This document shows, piece by piece, positions 23,490-35,991 of a DNA stretch of 64,000 nucleotides (its first letter is position 1; each line of letters opens with the position of its first letter). Under the pieces are notes generated by a model. It saw only the letters and a program-made list of their open reading frames with translations. It was not told the origin of the DNA and did not search any database. The position numbers and the translations under genes were made by a program. The DNA comes from Heteronotia binoei (lineage: Eukaryota): contig NC_083226.1 of the NCBI RefSeq assembly GCF_032191835.1, positions 21,390,001 to 21,454,000 of the forward strand, in the 5' to 3' direction.

Positions 23490-24434
23490 TTAAGATTGTG
23501 CTCCACTCAAATGGCATTTAAAGTGATGTAGCATCCTGACCCATGCCTGTTTTAGTTTGGGGTTAATTCGTATCAGGATAATGGCATGTCCAGAGCGACA
23601 AATAACACTCATATTGTTAAACAGCATAGATGGCCAAGTGTGCTTCTTATTACTCAAGGTTAGTATTGCTTGCAAAGTAATTGCTAGAAAACCAAACAGA
23701 TATAGAACAATGAAGGAAACTTGAACTTTAATGGCAGTCAGGTGAACTTGCGTGTTGAAATCCTTGACACCAGTTCCATTGTGTTGCATATGTCTTGTGT
23801 GCTTCCACATAGACGTTATTAGCAGGATGGATGATGACAAAAATATCAGAAAAGGAATGGAATCTGGGGCAGTAGCTAGAATATCCATGCTTCTACAGGA
23901 GTCAACCATTTTAGTTTTTGAATCATTGGTGCTCAAAAATGATTTGTAGGGGTTGCATTTGGACAAATCATTGTTCAAGCCTGCAAGTACAGTAATTGTC
24001 ATGATAGCAGAGAAGATGATTGAGCCCAGAAGCAACCACGGTATAAGTCTAGAGATTCTTTGCTTCATTTGGAGGAAAATAGGGTGGGAGAACATGGAGA
24101 TCTTTGCAAAGTAGAAAACACTTAGCCAGGTTGCAATCCAGATACTAGCAGTGTTTGTAAAAATCCAGACGATGGGAAGCAGTAAATACATGACATTCCA
24201 AATATGATTGCTTGGATAAAAGAAATGCAGAATTTCTTCCAGAATCACTACCATCAGCCACACAAGTCTGGACAAGCCAAGACAGGTCAGGATCAGGTCA
24301 GCTGGGGATAGTTTCCAGCTTTTGAACCAGTCAATGCAATTGGTTAGGACAATAAATCCATTTCCTACCATTCCAACGAGGGTTTCAATAGCCAGAAGTA
24401 TAAAACAAATTAATGTGAATAACGGAGCTTCCAT
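23490..24434 (-). CDS. TAS2R: bitter taste receptor type 2, open ORF 314 aa
   Basis: GMVGNGFIVLTNCIDW, LSPADLILTCLGLSRL, WIATWLSVFYFAKI.MFSHP, SMWKH, HLTAIK, SGHAIILI.INPKLKQAW; start taken at MEAPLF by alignment with paralogs. Confidence 0.93.
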   Translation of the reverse strand: MEAPLFTLICFILLAIETLVGMVGNGFIVLTNCIDWFKSWKLSPADLILTCLGLSRLVWLMVVILEEILHFFYPSNHIWNVMYLLLPIVWIFTNTASIWIATWLSVFYFAKISMFSHPIFLQMKQRISRLIPWLLLGSIIFSAIMTITVLAGLNNDLSKCNPYKSFLSTNDSKTKMVDSCRSMDILATAPDSIPFLIFLSSSILLITSMWKHTRHMQHNGTGVKDFNTQVHLTAIKVQVSFIVLYLFGFLAITLQAILTLSNKKHTWPSMLFNNMSVICRSGHAIILIRINPKLKQAWVRMLHHFKCHLSGAQS

Positions 24435-24571
24435 ATTTCTGAGTACAAAAGTTCTTCTGCAGTAATGCTCACTCTTTTCCTGATTATGTCCTTTCACAAG
24501 GCAATTCTACGACCTTCAGTGAAAAACAACTGGAGAGGCAGGAGCTATTTTCCAGTGTAGACTCATTTGAG

Positions 24572-24673
24572 AGGCAAATCTTTCCAAAAAAGGACTGGGT
24601 TCTGACATATATATCCTGTTCTAATATTTCGTATTTGCACATTTTGCAGAGATGCTAAAAACTATCTTTGCAT
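24572..24673 (-). promoter_or_regulatory. octamer module (proximal site degenerate AGGCAAAT)
   Basis: AGGCAAAT 24572, ATTTGCAC 24633, CTTTGCAT 24666. Confidence 0.5.
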
Positions 24674-24991
24674 CTGTTTTCACAAATCATGATGCACTAT
24701 TCTTTTGGGATTTGTTGATTTAAAATTATTTTTTTTTACGGATCAATCTGTAATTAATTATTATTAATTATCATTTTACTGCATTCTGCAGCAGATATCA
24801 TTTCTCATGTCTTCAAGGGCAACCTAATGTAGCATGTATTACAGAAAACCTGTCATTAGATTACAAAATCATGGATTATTGTGAATAAATCAAGGAAAGG
24901 AGGAAATTGGTGATCTAAATGCACCTGTTGGAAGGCTCCTGCTTTTCAACCAGCAAGGCTGCGTTCATGAGTACCCTCAAACTCTTAACCT

Positions 24992-25698
24992 CAGGGTCGG
25001 CTCACCCATTAGGCAAATTAGACATTTGCCTAGTGTGCCAGCAGAGTGGGGGCGCCAAATTCAGCCCTCCCCCCCCCAGCCTCCTCCTGCCTCCCTTCCT
25101 CACAATTTCAAAGCTCGGGAAGGGATGTTGGAGCACTGCACTCCCTGGGCTCTTTAAAGCGCCCCCGCTTATCAGCTGATTGGCGGGTAAAACTGCACTG
25201 GAGGCTTGCAGCTCCTATACTGCCCCTCTGGTGCAATCTTGATCAGTGCAGGGTTGAGGGGGCAGGCCAGCAGCAGTGGGAAGGATGAGCGAGATGCTGA
25301 AAGAGCGGCCACCACTACCTCTTTTTCCCTTCCTTTCCCTGCAATCCAGGGGAAGGAAAGGGGGAAGAGGCAGCAGCTGTGACTGCTCTTTCGATGGCTC
25401 ACTCGTCCTTCTGGCCACTGCTGCCCCCTCAATCTCACACTGATCATGATTGCACCAGAGGGCCAGCATAGGAGCTGTGAGCCTCCACCGCTGTTTTACC
25501 CACTGATCAGCTGATCAGTGTGGGAGGGCTTTTAAAGAGCCTGGGTAGTGCAGAACTCCACTGCCCCTTTTTGAGCATTGAAATTTTGAGGAAGGGAGAG
25601 AAGAGGAGGTGCTGCAGAGGGGTGGGGGGTGGTGCCATGGTGGGGGGCAGGGGATGGCAAGGTTGCCTGGGGCGCCATGTGCCCCAGGGCTGGCCCTG
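24992..25698. mobile_element. hAT-type non-autonomous element (~700 bp)
   Basis: TIR CAGGGTCGGC / GCTGGCCCTG; perfect TSD CTTAACCT; related to 54498-55133. Confidence 0.9.
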
Positions 25699-27290
25699 CT
25701 TAACCTGCTCTGCAGTTTCCACCACAAGTGATCCAAAGCAAAGTATCAGCATCCTGACCAGTATTACCCTTGTCTTGTTTGGATTCTTAGGATGTTCTGC
25801 CTTAGTTACATGACCACAGATTCAAAGTGCTGGATCAGAGCAGAGTCAGATGCACCTGCAGGCTTACATAATGAAATGTATAATGTACTGGGTCCCAATA
25901 CATAACAAAATACAAGCTGATTGTCACCTCCATCTTGATGACGTTCAGCTGCAGGACAAATCACAAGGAGCTCATTCTGCTCCTGTGGTCAGACAAAAAC
26001 ATTGAAACAATTATGAGATATTGCTTCTGTGGCAGAATGTGCCTGCTCTGGCCTGCAGGTGCTATTCCACCCTGCCCTCCTAGGTTTTTCTCAACACCTG
26101 GAGAGGCTTTTCTTCCACTCTTGGGTAGCCCACCAGCTCCTCCTGAACTTTGTATAGAATTGCGCACTGGGAGGGCCAGACTCACTGAGAGATGAAGCTT
26201 TTCTAAGTGTCATGAAAGGGAACTTTTGTAGTCAGTTTACTATACCCCCATGCCTTAGAACTCGGGGCAGCATAGGCTAATGCAGATATCTAACATAAAT
26301 GGGCCTTTAAGTGATGTGCAATCAGCTCAGGTAGTTCTATTCAGACATGCAGGGCTTCTGTTCATTCCTCACCAGACACAACCATGGAGGAACCTGATCG
26401 TTAGGTAAACTGTTCTAATGCATCTAGGTGAATTTGGATATGTTTGCTTGGATGATTACAACAGTCAAATAATTAGGTTTTTTCAACACTACATCGTCCA
26501 TCTATTGCTGCCAACTCCTATATCCATTTCCTTAAAAAGACTCTGAATATTCAGTAAGTATGTGTAAGTAAATTTGAATGTTATGAAGTGCACGTGTATA
26601 TTTTATCATGTCTATATGGTGTGCTTTATAACATTTGTAAAAATAATGGTTACATCTCAAATATACTCGCTTTATTTCAGAACTGATTATAAATGGCTTC
26701 ATAAAATTATTATATGCATACATGGGCAAGAAATTATTAGTAAAAATGACAAATAAAGAAATTATTCAGTAAAAATCTGCAAGAGTATTACTGACAGAAA
26801 TTCTGTTACGATGTAATATCCAATTGTTTTGTATTATTGCAATTAATAATATATTACACACAAAAATTTTAAATACTGTGATTTTTTTTTGCATTTTAAT
26901 AAAGAATTTTCAGTGATATATTAATATTTATCCTTGCAGTTTCAAAATCTGCCAGCTATAAGAGAAGATACCAATCTGGAAGAGTAAAATGGAAGAAGAA
27001 AGATCTTAGAGAAAGGTTTAATAATATCAACAAGTTCCTTGCTAAAATTTGTGATGGCAGCTCAATCTGCTCTCTAATTGGTGCTACAAATTCTAAAGAA
27101 AATAACATCAATGAACAATGAAAAGAGAAGGACCCTGTCAAAAATACAAATTCTATTAGAGCAAATTCTCAAAAAACAAATTCAGATTCTAAAGAAAGTA
27201 ACCTTGAACAACAGGAAAACTAGGGGTGTATATTTGTTTTAATTGGTATTCAACTTCTCCCTGGATAAAATGGTTGCTTTGTTAAGATGG

Positions 27291-27594
27291 CCCTGTGGCG
27301 CAGAGTGGTAAAGCAGCAGTACTGCAGTACTGTGGTCTGAACTCTCTGCTCACGACCTGAGTTTGATTCCGGTGGAAGCTGGATTCAGGTAGCCGGCTCA
27401 AGGTTGACTCAGCCTTCCATCCTTCTGAGGTCAATAAAATGAGTATCCAGCTTGCTGGGGGGAAAGTGTAGGTGACTGAGGAAGGCAATGGCAAACCACC
27501 CCGTAAAAACTCTGCTGTGAAAACATTGTGAAAGCAACGTCACCCCAGAGTCGGAAACCACTGGTGTTTACACAGGGGACCTTTCCTTTCCTTG
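27291..27594 (+). mobile_element. Sauria-type SINE
   Basis: GTGGCGCAGAGTGGTAAAGCAGCAGTACTGCAG head, GGTTGACTCAGCCTTCCATCC core, GGCAATGGCAAACCACC tail, (CCTTT)n end; 8-bp TSD TAAGATGG. Confidence 0.9.
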
Positions 27595-29003
27595 TAAGAT
27601 GGACTGCATGGCATTCTACCTGACTGGAGTTCCTCCCCTTCCTAAATCCCACTCTCCCAGGCTTCACTTTTCAATATCCAAAGATTCCCAAACCCAGAGT
27701 TGGCAAGCTTAGTCCCACAATCTCCAGCCAGATGTGTGCCTTGCAAATTCTGGCAACTCTCCTCTATCGTGATTATAATCCTGCTTCAGCTCCTGTTTGT
27801 ACCATACAGGGTTTTTTCCATCAGGAAGGCTTCTAGTCCCAGATCTTGACCAAGGGCACAGGGTATTTTCTACTCGAGTCAGCATTGACAATAAGCCCCT
27901 TCCCCCAAAACGGCACATTCCCTGGCCTATGAGCAGACACCCCTCCCTTGTTCCTAGACTTTGGGGCCTCCAGGCAATCTGGCAAACCTGTTAGGATTAC
28001 CAGGTCCCACTGGCTACTTGTGGGGAATGGAGAGATCTAGGTGGGAAACTCCTAGAGATTTTGGGATGAAGCCTAGGAAGGACAGGGACCTCAGTGGGGT
28101 AAAATATCTTAGAGTCCATCACTTCTGGGTGGCATCATCATATAGCCTTTCAGGCAAGTTGGGGGCAGGATTTCCCCTGCTGGTCAGGTGGCTGCTGGTG
28201 GAGAACTGTTCCCCCAAACCAGGTGGGGGTCTGGCAACCCTAGCCCAAGTCCCCCTCTTGGACTCCTTCCTAAAGCTTTTTCTCAGATCTGCCTCCCTTT
28301 GTAACCCTTTCCTTATGTCTCCTGTCTTCTCTAGCTTTGCCCCTTTCTTGGGTCTCTGCCTGCTCCTTTCCAAGGCCTTCCAAGAAGATCCAGAAATACG
28401 GATAGTCACGGCCAGTCCTATTGTAATAATAACTATCAATTTCATTCTGGCAACTACTTCCAGCATGGAAGCAGGGCCTTCTTTAATAGCTATTGGCAGC
28501 ACAGGGAAAATTCTTTCAAAATGGTGCATGTTGCTCTGTCATGTCTTTGATCAGTTCTCCACACAACATCGGTATCTAGCCAAGCAAACAGGGACAAAAG
28601 GGATGCAATTACTATGTAGAGTAGAAAGTAAGAAAGGCTACTGGGAAAACCTTGAGGACAGTCTCTAACATGGTATACCCCTGCTTTTCTGCCTTGCAAG
28701 GCATTTTTGCCATACCCTTCCCTAGGATCAGGAAAGCCGTACAGACTATCTGTTTTCTCTCTGACATTAGGACAGTTTAACCAATGATTGACAGAGGTTT
28801 CAGCATTGCTACTTTCAAGATATATAGGGAAGGAGTCAGGGATTTTGTAAAGCTCAACAAAATCTCTGTGGGATTATCATTGCTTCATGCTCACCATCAG
28901 AGCATGGGAGCCCATTAAAATGGAAAGCTTCAGGCAGACTGATAGGCATGATGCCCACATTGGAGGGGGCATGATTATGACCCAGATCAGCATCAGTTCC
29001 AAT

Positions 29004-29180
29004 CAGGACTGGATCTACATATTTTTTGAGTGGGAGCAAAATTAAAAAATTGCACCCCCTTATGGGCCATTATATCCTATGGTCCCATAGAATACAATGG
29101 ACTCCATACCCAATTTTTTGCCCCCCCCCATCAGTGCCTGGGGAAAGCACCCTCCTCTGCCCACCCTAGATCTGGCCCTG
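29004..29180. mobile_element. hAT-type MITE
   Basis: TIR CAGGACTGGATCTA / TAGATCTGGCCCTG; imperfect TSD. Confidence 0.75.
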
Positions 29181-29185
29181 GTTCC

Positions 29186-29570
29186 GTTCCAATCCAATCC
29201 AATCCAAGCCAAGCCAAGTCAAGCCAAGCCACATACTTTTATTGGCATAGAAATATAAAGTACAGCATAGCAAATTTACATAAAGTTTCATTTATAAAAA
29301 CCAGTCAAACATCAAGGAGGGGAGCTAATCTTTTGCTCCTTGATTGTTGTGGCAGTCAAAAGGTACTTTGCAACTAGACATGTGATAAGGGAACATTGGT
29401 CAGATAGTAGAAAGAAAACTAATTTCATCTCAGATAATCCATAAAGGTTAGACTGAATAGGTTTGATTATACAGTCCTCCACTTCCCCATAAAAATCACA
29501 GTGAAGTAAGACAAGGGCGATCGTTTCGTGCCTTCCATTACATGGGCAGCATCAGTTAGTACATCCCAGC
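29186..29570 (-). mobile_element. non-LTR retrotransposon 3' fragment with C-terminal Cys/His motif and pentanucleotide tail
   Basis: Minus translation CPCNGRHETIALVLLHCDFY...FLLSD...IT.LVAKYL; (CCAAT/CCAAG)n tail. Clade not determined. Confidence 0.6.
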
Positions 29571-32547
29571 TCAACCCATTTCCTTGGATGTGCTGTCTTT
29601 ATTTCGGGTATAAGCAGAAAAATTGTTTATGCCAAACAAGTCCAGGATTCCAACACTGAATTTATTGATGGCTGCTAGAATCTTGGTCACTCCATTGGGG
29701 AAAAAACCTCCAAAACTAACAGTTGAGATTGGTGAAGAAAAGTTTGGTATGTCATACAAATGAATCCTTATCTATGGGGAGGGGAGTGTATACACAAGAA
29801 ACTTCTATCCCAAAGAACAGTTCCTCCGAAATAGTCGCGAAGCACTTCAGGGCATGTGATGAATTCATAGATCTACTGGAGTCTAAGGTATTAGCACAAC
29901 TAAAATCAGAATTAAAAGATGCCAAATATTACAGAATCAGTATACATTCAACCCCTGATATTAGCCACACAGATCAATTAGCAACAGTTCTTTGTTATGT
30001 GCTTAAAAATGGAGAGGTGATCGGAAAATTTCTTAAATTTGTTTCTATTGAGCAGCATGATGGAAAATATTTATTTGATGTTTTATGTGACACTCTCAAA
30101 CAATATGATATAAATATTTTTAAAAATGTAGGTCCCAGTCATACAACAATGCCAGCAATAGGAGTGATACATTGGCATGCAAGCAAGATCGTGTGAAGTT
30201 AACAGTTTAGCCAAATGGATTCTTTGCATCACTCACAGTTTGAATTTGGTTGGTGTAGCTGCAGCAGAGTGTTAACCTCTTGGGCAACCACACAGCATTC
30301 AGAGTTGTAGGTTCCCAAAGCTATATGCACACAAGAAACCAGACCTTGCTAAAATAGATGAAGTTTTACTAAATAGAATAAAGGACAGAATAATACTAGG
30401 CAACACAGTCGCTACAATCTTGCAGCATAAAAATAAGAAAGCTAACTTATCTATCTAATGCATCAATACCTGGTATTAGATGGCACAACTTTAAAGTATC
30501 AAAGTCCAGGCTAGAGGTTCAAGCTTTTTCTGCGTAGCCATCCATAGCATAGTCAGAGCCACTCTCCTCTGGAATCATAAAGTTAATATGGCTTCCCTCT
30601 TGTCTATGGCTGAATTGTCTATGGCTTCCCTCTTGTCTTTTGCCATCTGACATCAGGTGGTCTTTCGAATCCAATCAGGGCATTTGCTCACTGGAACTCT
30701 CTAGAGGATTATGACATCACTCCTGTCTCCCCTTTCCATGCAGTTGACCATGGGTTACTCTGACAAGTCAATTACCACATTTTTGAATCCGGCCTTGAAA
30801 GAGATAAGGCTGGTGTAGACAAGGAGGCCCAGTTATAGGCACCCACAAGCCAGAGAAAGTCTACTAATATTCACATTAACCCTTGGGAGAAAACAGGGGT
30901 CTATATCTCACACAGATGGTTGCACGGATGCATCCTACAAACAATTTATACATTCTTTGCTGCCTCAGCACGAAGATGGACGAAATTAAAGGAGATGAAG
31001 AAGAAAGATTTAAATATTGTGCACAGCTTATCTGAAACGATGTGGTCAGCCACTAAAGCTTTTAATGAAAACTATATTGGAATTCATCAAGCTTTATTGA
31101 GTATAATTGAATGTGAGTGACAGCCATCTGCTACAGTTCATAAAGCAAAGGCTCTTTTGAAAAAGCATTCTCCATAAAATTCATATAATTAGTACAGCTT
31201 TACAGCAGCCCAGCACTGAATAAAGCACAATAATAACTCTTTACGACAGCCTTCTGTCTAATTTGCATACTATAGAAGATAAGTTTCACAAATTTGAGGA
31301 TTTAGCAAAGAAGACTTACACCAGAATCTGAAATCATAGAAGATTAGTAAAAATTAAATTATTTATGATGAAGTTAAAATTAACAGTGAAACTGGTAAAA
31401 GCGTAAATTTAAATTCAAAAGCTTCAGACAAATTCAGAACTCTGGTTTTAATATTATTATAAACAGGTTAATAACAAAATTGAGGAAAAGACTAGCTGCC
31501 TCTGAATTACTACATCTGGTTTAATTTTTTCTAGTTGACAGATCTATGCTTGAAGATGGAATTGTTTCTATAGAAAAAGCACTGGTTGAAATATACCCTA
31601 CAGATTTCTGTTTGGGGCCAAATGGAATAGATTTTTCTGGGCCTTAAACATCACAATTTTTTCTGAGGTGAGAAAAAAATTAAAACATTTTCTTCATCTC
31701 TAAAAGTTTTCTCTTTTTTAATGTTTTTAAAAATTCACGGGCCCCTAAAGAATTGTGGCCCATAGACATGGTGCCTACTGTGTGTAATTGATAAGTCAGC
31801 CTTGGTTGCAGGGTATGGAAAATAATGTTCAATGGAAGAAAAATGGCAAGAGTGGGACAGCCGGCTCGAGAGCAGGAAAGGTGGTATGATAGTGGGAAAG
31901 CCAGCACGAGAACAGGAAAGGTGGTGTGAGAGCAAGAAAGGTGGTTTGAGAGTGGGAAATCCAGCATGAAAGCAAGAAAGCTGGAATAAGAATGAAGAAT
32001 GCTTCTGCAAGTCAATTCAGTGCCCTCCAGGGCCCTAGGCAAAGGCCTAATTTGCCTAGTGGAAGGGCCGGCCTTGATTTCATCATTATGGTATACAAAG
32101 CACCAACTGTGTTCTTCTTGAACTCAGAAACACAGGTAACAGAAAGCTGAAGCTGAGGAAATCTTGAAAATGGATGATTAGAAAACAATATTATGTAGAT
32201 AATTCCAAAAACAGCACTCCTGTTTGGCAGCAAAGACAGAGAAAGAAGCCAACATGAATGGAGTCATAAATTTCATCACTTGTTCAGTCCATGCACGACA
32301 CAAAGGCTGCATCCCCACAAACACTTTACTGGGGGTAAACCCCAGTCAATGCAATGAGATTAACTTCTAAATCGCCCTGACCTGGGTGGCCCAGGATAAC
32401 CCATCTCAAAAGATCTTGGAAATTAAGAAGGGTTGGCCACAGCTAATACTGAGAAAGTCCAGAGGGAGCAACGCGGTACAATGTGGGTAGCCAATAAGTC
32501 AGAGTAAATTTAATATATCTGCTGATGGTTCCCATTATTGGTGGGTT

Positions 32548-33172
32548 TTAAGATGGTGCATCACTCACACAACATTTTAAGTGATGTATCATCCTGACCC
32601 ATGCTTGTTTCAGTTTGGGATTAATTAATATCAGGATAACAGCATGCCCAGAGGGATATACAGCACTCGTAGTTTCAAAAAACGCACTTCCAAGGGAGAT
32701 CAATTTTTCTATAAACCAGCAATGGCTGTAAAGTAATAACTACAAAAGTGGAGAAGTACAAAATAGCAAAGGAAGCCAGAGCTTTGATGGCACTTAAATG
32801 AAAGCTAATGTTGAGATCCTTGGTGCCGATTCCATTGTGTCGCAAATGTCTTACGTGTTTCCAAAGAGATATTATTAACAAGATGTGGATGACAAAAATA
32901 TCACAGATGGGATGACGTTTGGAGTAGTAACTACAATGAAAAGCAGCCTATACATGTGAAACGCTTCAGCTTCTGAAACATAGCTATTGTTCAAAAATAA
33001 TTTGTAGGAATTACAATTGGTTAAACTACTGCTTGATACTGTAGTAATAGTAATAATCATAGTAATAAAAGCAGTCAATGCAGCTGATGAGGACAATAAA
33101 TCCATTTGCTACCACTCCAATGAGGGTTTCCATGATGAGAAATGAAAAGCTGGTTATTGACGAGGTGTCCAT
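32548..33172 (-). pseudogene. TAS2R: TAS2R pseudogene (~320-bp internal deletion plus several frameshifts)
   Basis: MDTSSITSF...ANGFIVLISCID joins directly to the TM4 region; 1-2 bp indels in TM5, ECL3 and TM7. Confidence 0.93.
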
Positions 33173-33261
33173 CTTTCTGAGCGCAAAGGAAAGGAGTTTC
33201 TTCTGCTGCAATATTCACACTTTTCCTCAGCAGCACACAGCACAACGCTGGAGTCCCCTAG

Positions 33262-33397
33262 CAGGGGTGGCCAAAAGTAGCTCTCCAGATGTTTTTGCCT
33301 ACGACTCCCATAAGTCCCAGCCATTGGCCATGCTGGCTGGGGTTGATGGGTGTTGTAGGCAAAAAAACATCTGGAGAGCTACTGTTGGCCACCCCTG
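33262..33397. mobile_element. palindromic hAT-type MITE in the 5' flank of the pseudogene
   Basis: CAGGGGTGGCCAA...TTGGCCACCCCTG; absent from paralog flanks. Confidence 0.88.
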
Positions 33398-33457
33398 CTC
33401 TAGTTTAAGAACCCATCTGAGAGTTAGGAGCTATTTTCAAGTCCTGGCTCCATTAAA

Positions 33458-33558
33458 ATGCAAATTGTTGTGGAAAGGACTATGTTACTAAATCTGTGTC
33501 CCATTCTAGGATGTCACATTTGCACATTTGACATAGATGCTAAATATGATCTTTGCAT
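33458..33558 (-). promoter_or_regulatory. octamer module
   Basis: ATGCAAAT 33458, ATTTGCAC 33518, CTTTGCAT 33551. Confidence 0.55.
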
Positions 33559-33604
33559 CTGTTTCCACAGATGATGAAGTACTCTTCTTGTGGGATTTGT
33601 TGAT

Positions 33605-34246
33605 TAAGAACATAAGAGAAGCCATGTTGAATCAGGCCAATGGCCCAATCCAGTCCAACACTCTGTGTCACACAGTGGCCAAAAAAACCAGGTGCCATCA
33701 GGAGGTCCATCAGTGGTGCCAGGACATTAGAAGTCCTCACACTGTTGCCGCCCTCCCAGAGCACTAAGAATACAGAGCATAACTTGTCCCAGACAGAGAG
33801 TTTCAACAATACGCTGTGGCTAATAGCCACTGATGGACCTCTGCTCCATATGCTTATCCAAACCCCTCTTGAAGTTGTCTATGCTCATAGCTGCCACCAC
33901 CTCCTCTGGCAGTGAATTCCACGTGTTAATCACCCTTTGAGTGAAGAAGTACTTTCTTTTATCCGTTCTAATCCGACTGCTCAGCAATTTCATTGAATGG
34001 ACATGAGTTCTCGTATTGTGAGAAAGGGAGAAAAGTACTTTTTTCTCTGCCTTCTCCATCTCATGCATAATCTTGTAAATCTTGATCATGTCATCTGTCA
34101 GTCAACGTTTCTCCAATCTAAAGAGACCCAGGTGTTTTAACCTTTCTTCATAGGGAAAGTGTTCAACCCTTGAATCATTCTAGTTGCCCTTTTCTGGACT
34201 TTTTCCAATGCTAAAATATCTTTTTTTGAGGTGTGGTGACCAGAAT
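33605..34246 (-). mobile_element. CR1 LINE 3' fragment
   Basis: ORF 33820-34089 YKIMHEMEK.....FSLSHNTRT..H.MKL...RIRTDKRKYFFTQRVIN.WNSLP; TAAGAACATAAG tail. Confidence 0.93.
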
Positions 34247-35112
34247 TTTAAAGCATTATTTGCCAAATGCCATCAATTATTATTAATTCTATTGAAAGAA
34301 AGCCTTTTCTGTTGATCGATGGGCAGAGCAATCCAGTGCTGTATTGCATGGTCAGTGTGTCCATTAGGCAGTCTTAGGCAGCTGCCTGGAGCACAGCCTG
34401 GGTGGAGAGCACAGGTTTTGGCCCCCCATCCCACCCTTGCCCTTGGCAAGGAAAATTTACAAGCTTGGTGGTGGTGGCGCAGTTTGCACAGCACCCTCTG
34501 CCACTGATTGCTGTAGCTCAGGTTCCTGTGCCACACAGATTCAGCGCAGGAGGTGAAGTTATAGCAGTCGGCGGCGGGCACTGAACAAACCATACCACCA
34601 ATGCTAAGCTTACCCTCACTGGGGGCAAGGTTGGGGGGAGGAGGAGTGCACTGGGGTAGGGCAGGGAGGAACGCCTGACTCATGTCAGCACCCTATTGTG
34701 CTTGTGCCATGACAGTCCCAGCTGAGTAACTGGGGTGGTGTTAGTCCGTCCCCTATAGGGATAAGTTATAAGATATTTTCTATCCTCAAAAGAATTGTAC
34801 TTATTCGCTCACCCCACAATATCCCAACAACACATCTTTAGAATGAACTTAGATTGATTTTTCAATTATTAATTATTAGCCACATCTAAGGAGACAATAT
34901 AATGATCAAGGAGAGTATCACTTGTGTGTTTATGTATAATAAACAGAGCCTAGGTAAGGGGGCTATTTCGGTGGGACTGTAGTTCTTTATTTTGTTTACA
35001 ATGTATCGCAGAAAGCACCACAGCTGCAGTCATTATTATTCTTTCTGTTCTAACCTTCCCCACAAGTCATGGCAATGTATGAAATGGAGATGAAGAAGTA
35101 TACCTGAAAGTG

Positions 35113-35479
35113 AGATTTATTTATTTATTACATTAAGCTTATATCCCGCCCTCTCCGCGAGCGGACTCAGGGTGGCTCACAACATTACATTACTACCATT
35201 AAAACCAATAAAACATAATTACATATTTAAATTATTTAAAACCATTTCATGGTGCTGTATTAATACAGTACAATATAGGCGGTTCTGAAAATTCGGTGGA
35301 GACCACCAGTACTCTACATGGTGCTCTATATAATGTCCAGTGGCAGCTTTCTCTCAGTTAGATATCGAAGGCCTGTCGGAACAATTCGGTCTTACAGGCC
35401 CTGCAGAACGTAGGCAGATCCCGCAGGGCCCTTATGGCCTCTGGGAGAACATTCCAGAGTTCTGGCACTGCCACCGAAA
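35113..35479 (-). mobile_element. L2 3' fragment in the TAS2R 3' flank
   Basis: WNVLPEAIRALRDLPTFCRACKTELFRQAF; empty site in the paralog (GTGAAAGTGAGATGGATGCTC, ~51460). Confidence 0.88.
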
Positions 35480-35725
35480 ATGGATGCTCAAACTTAACCA
35501 CACAGTGGTCATTGATATTCAAATGGGAAATAACAGTGAATAAGAAAAAATATGCAGGATCCAAGACATCAATACACTTTGCAGAACAATTCAATGTGCC
35601 TTAAACACCAGGAGAACTTCCGGATGGATTGTTCCCAAGGGTTTTTCAGCTTCCCACTTCCACGAAAAAAAGTTCTTTCCTTTCCTTCTTTTGGGTAGGT
35701 TTTAAGATGGCATTTCACTCACATG

Positions 35726-35924
35726 CAGGGCTTTTTCTGTAGCAGGAACTCCATTGCAAATTAGGGCACACTCCCATGATGTAGCCAATCCTCCAAAAGC
35801 ACACTCCTCCATGATGTAGCCAATCCTCTTCTTACAGTGCCTACTGTAAGCTCTTGGAGCATTGGCTACATCAGGGGTGTGTGGCCTAATAGGCAAAGGA
35901 GTTCCTGCTACAAAAAAAGCCCTG
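35726..35924. mobile_element. hAT-type MITE (CAGGGC family) in the TAS2R C-tail
   Basis: TIRs; TSD CTCACATG/CTCGCATG. Confidence 0.92.
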
Positions 35925-35991
35925 CTCGCATGACATTTTAAGCGGTGAATCATTCTGACCCATGCTTGTTTCAGTTTAGGTTTATTATCAG

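Larger units (their letters stand above)
26950..31812 (+). mobile_element. degenerate hAT DNA transposon (transposase relic) interrupted by younger insertions
   Basis: 29723-30290: KDAKYY.ISI.STPDISHTDQL..VL.YV...GE...FL.F, then C.THSLNLVG.AAAE; ~30920 LQTIYTFF.AS.RRW..L; putative right terminus ~31810. Left end not identified. Confidence 0.8.

Noticed and set aside
27961-28668. 235-aa ORF with a hydrophobic stretch, and the 136-aa ORF opposite
   Set aside because: No recognisable domain or TAS2R motif; it lies among nested repeats inside the hAT relic and is probably decayed retroelement sequence. A profile search would be needed.
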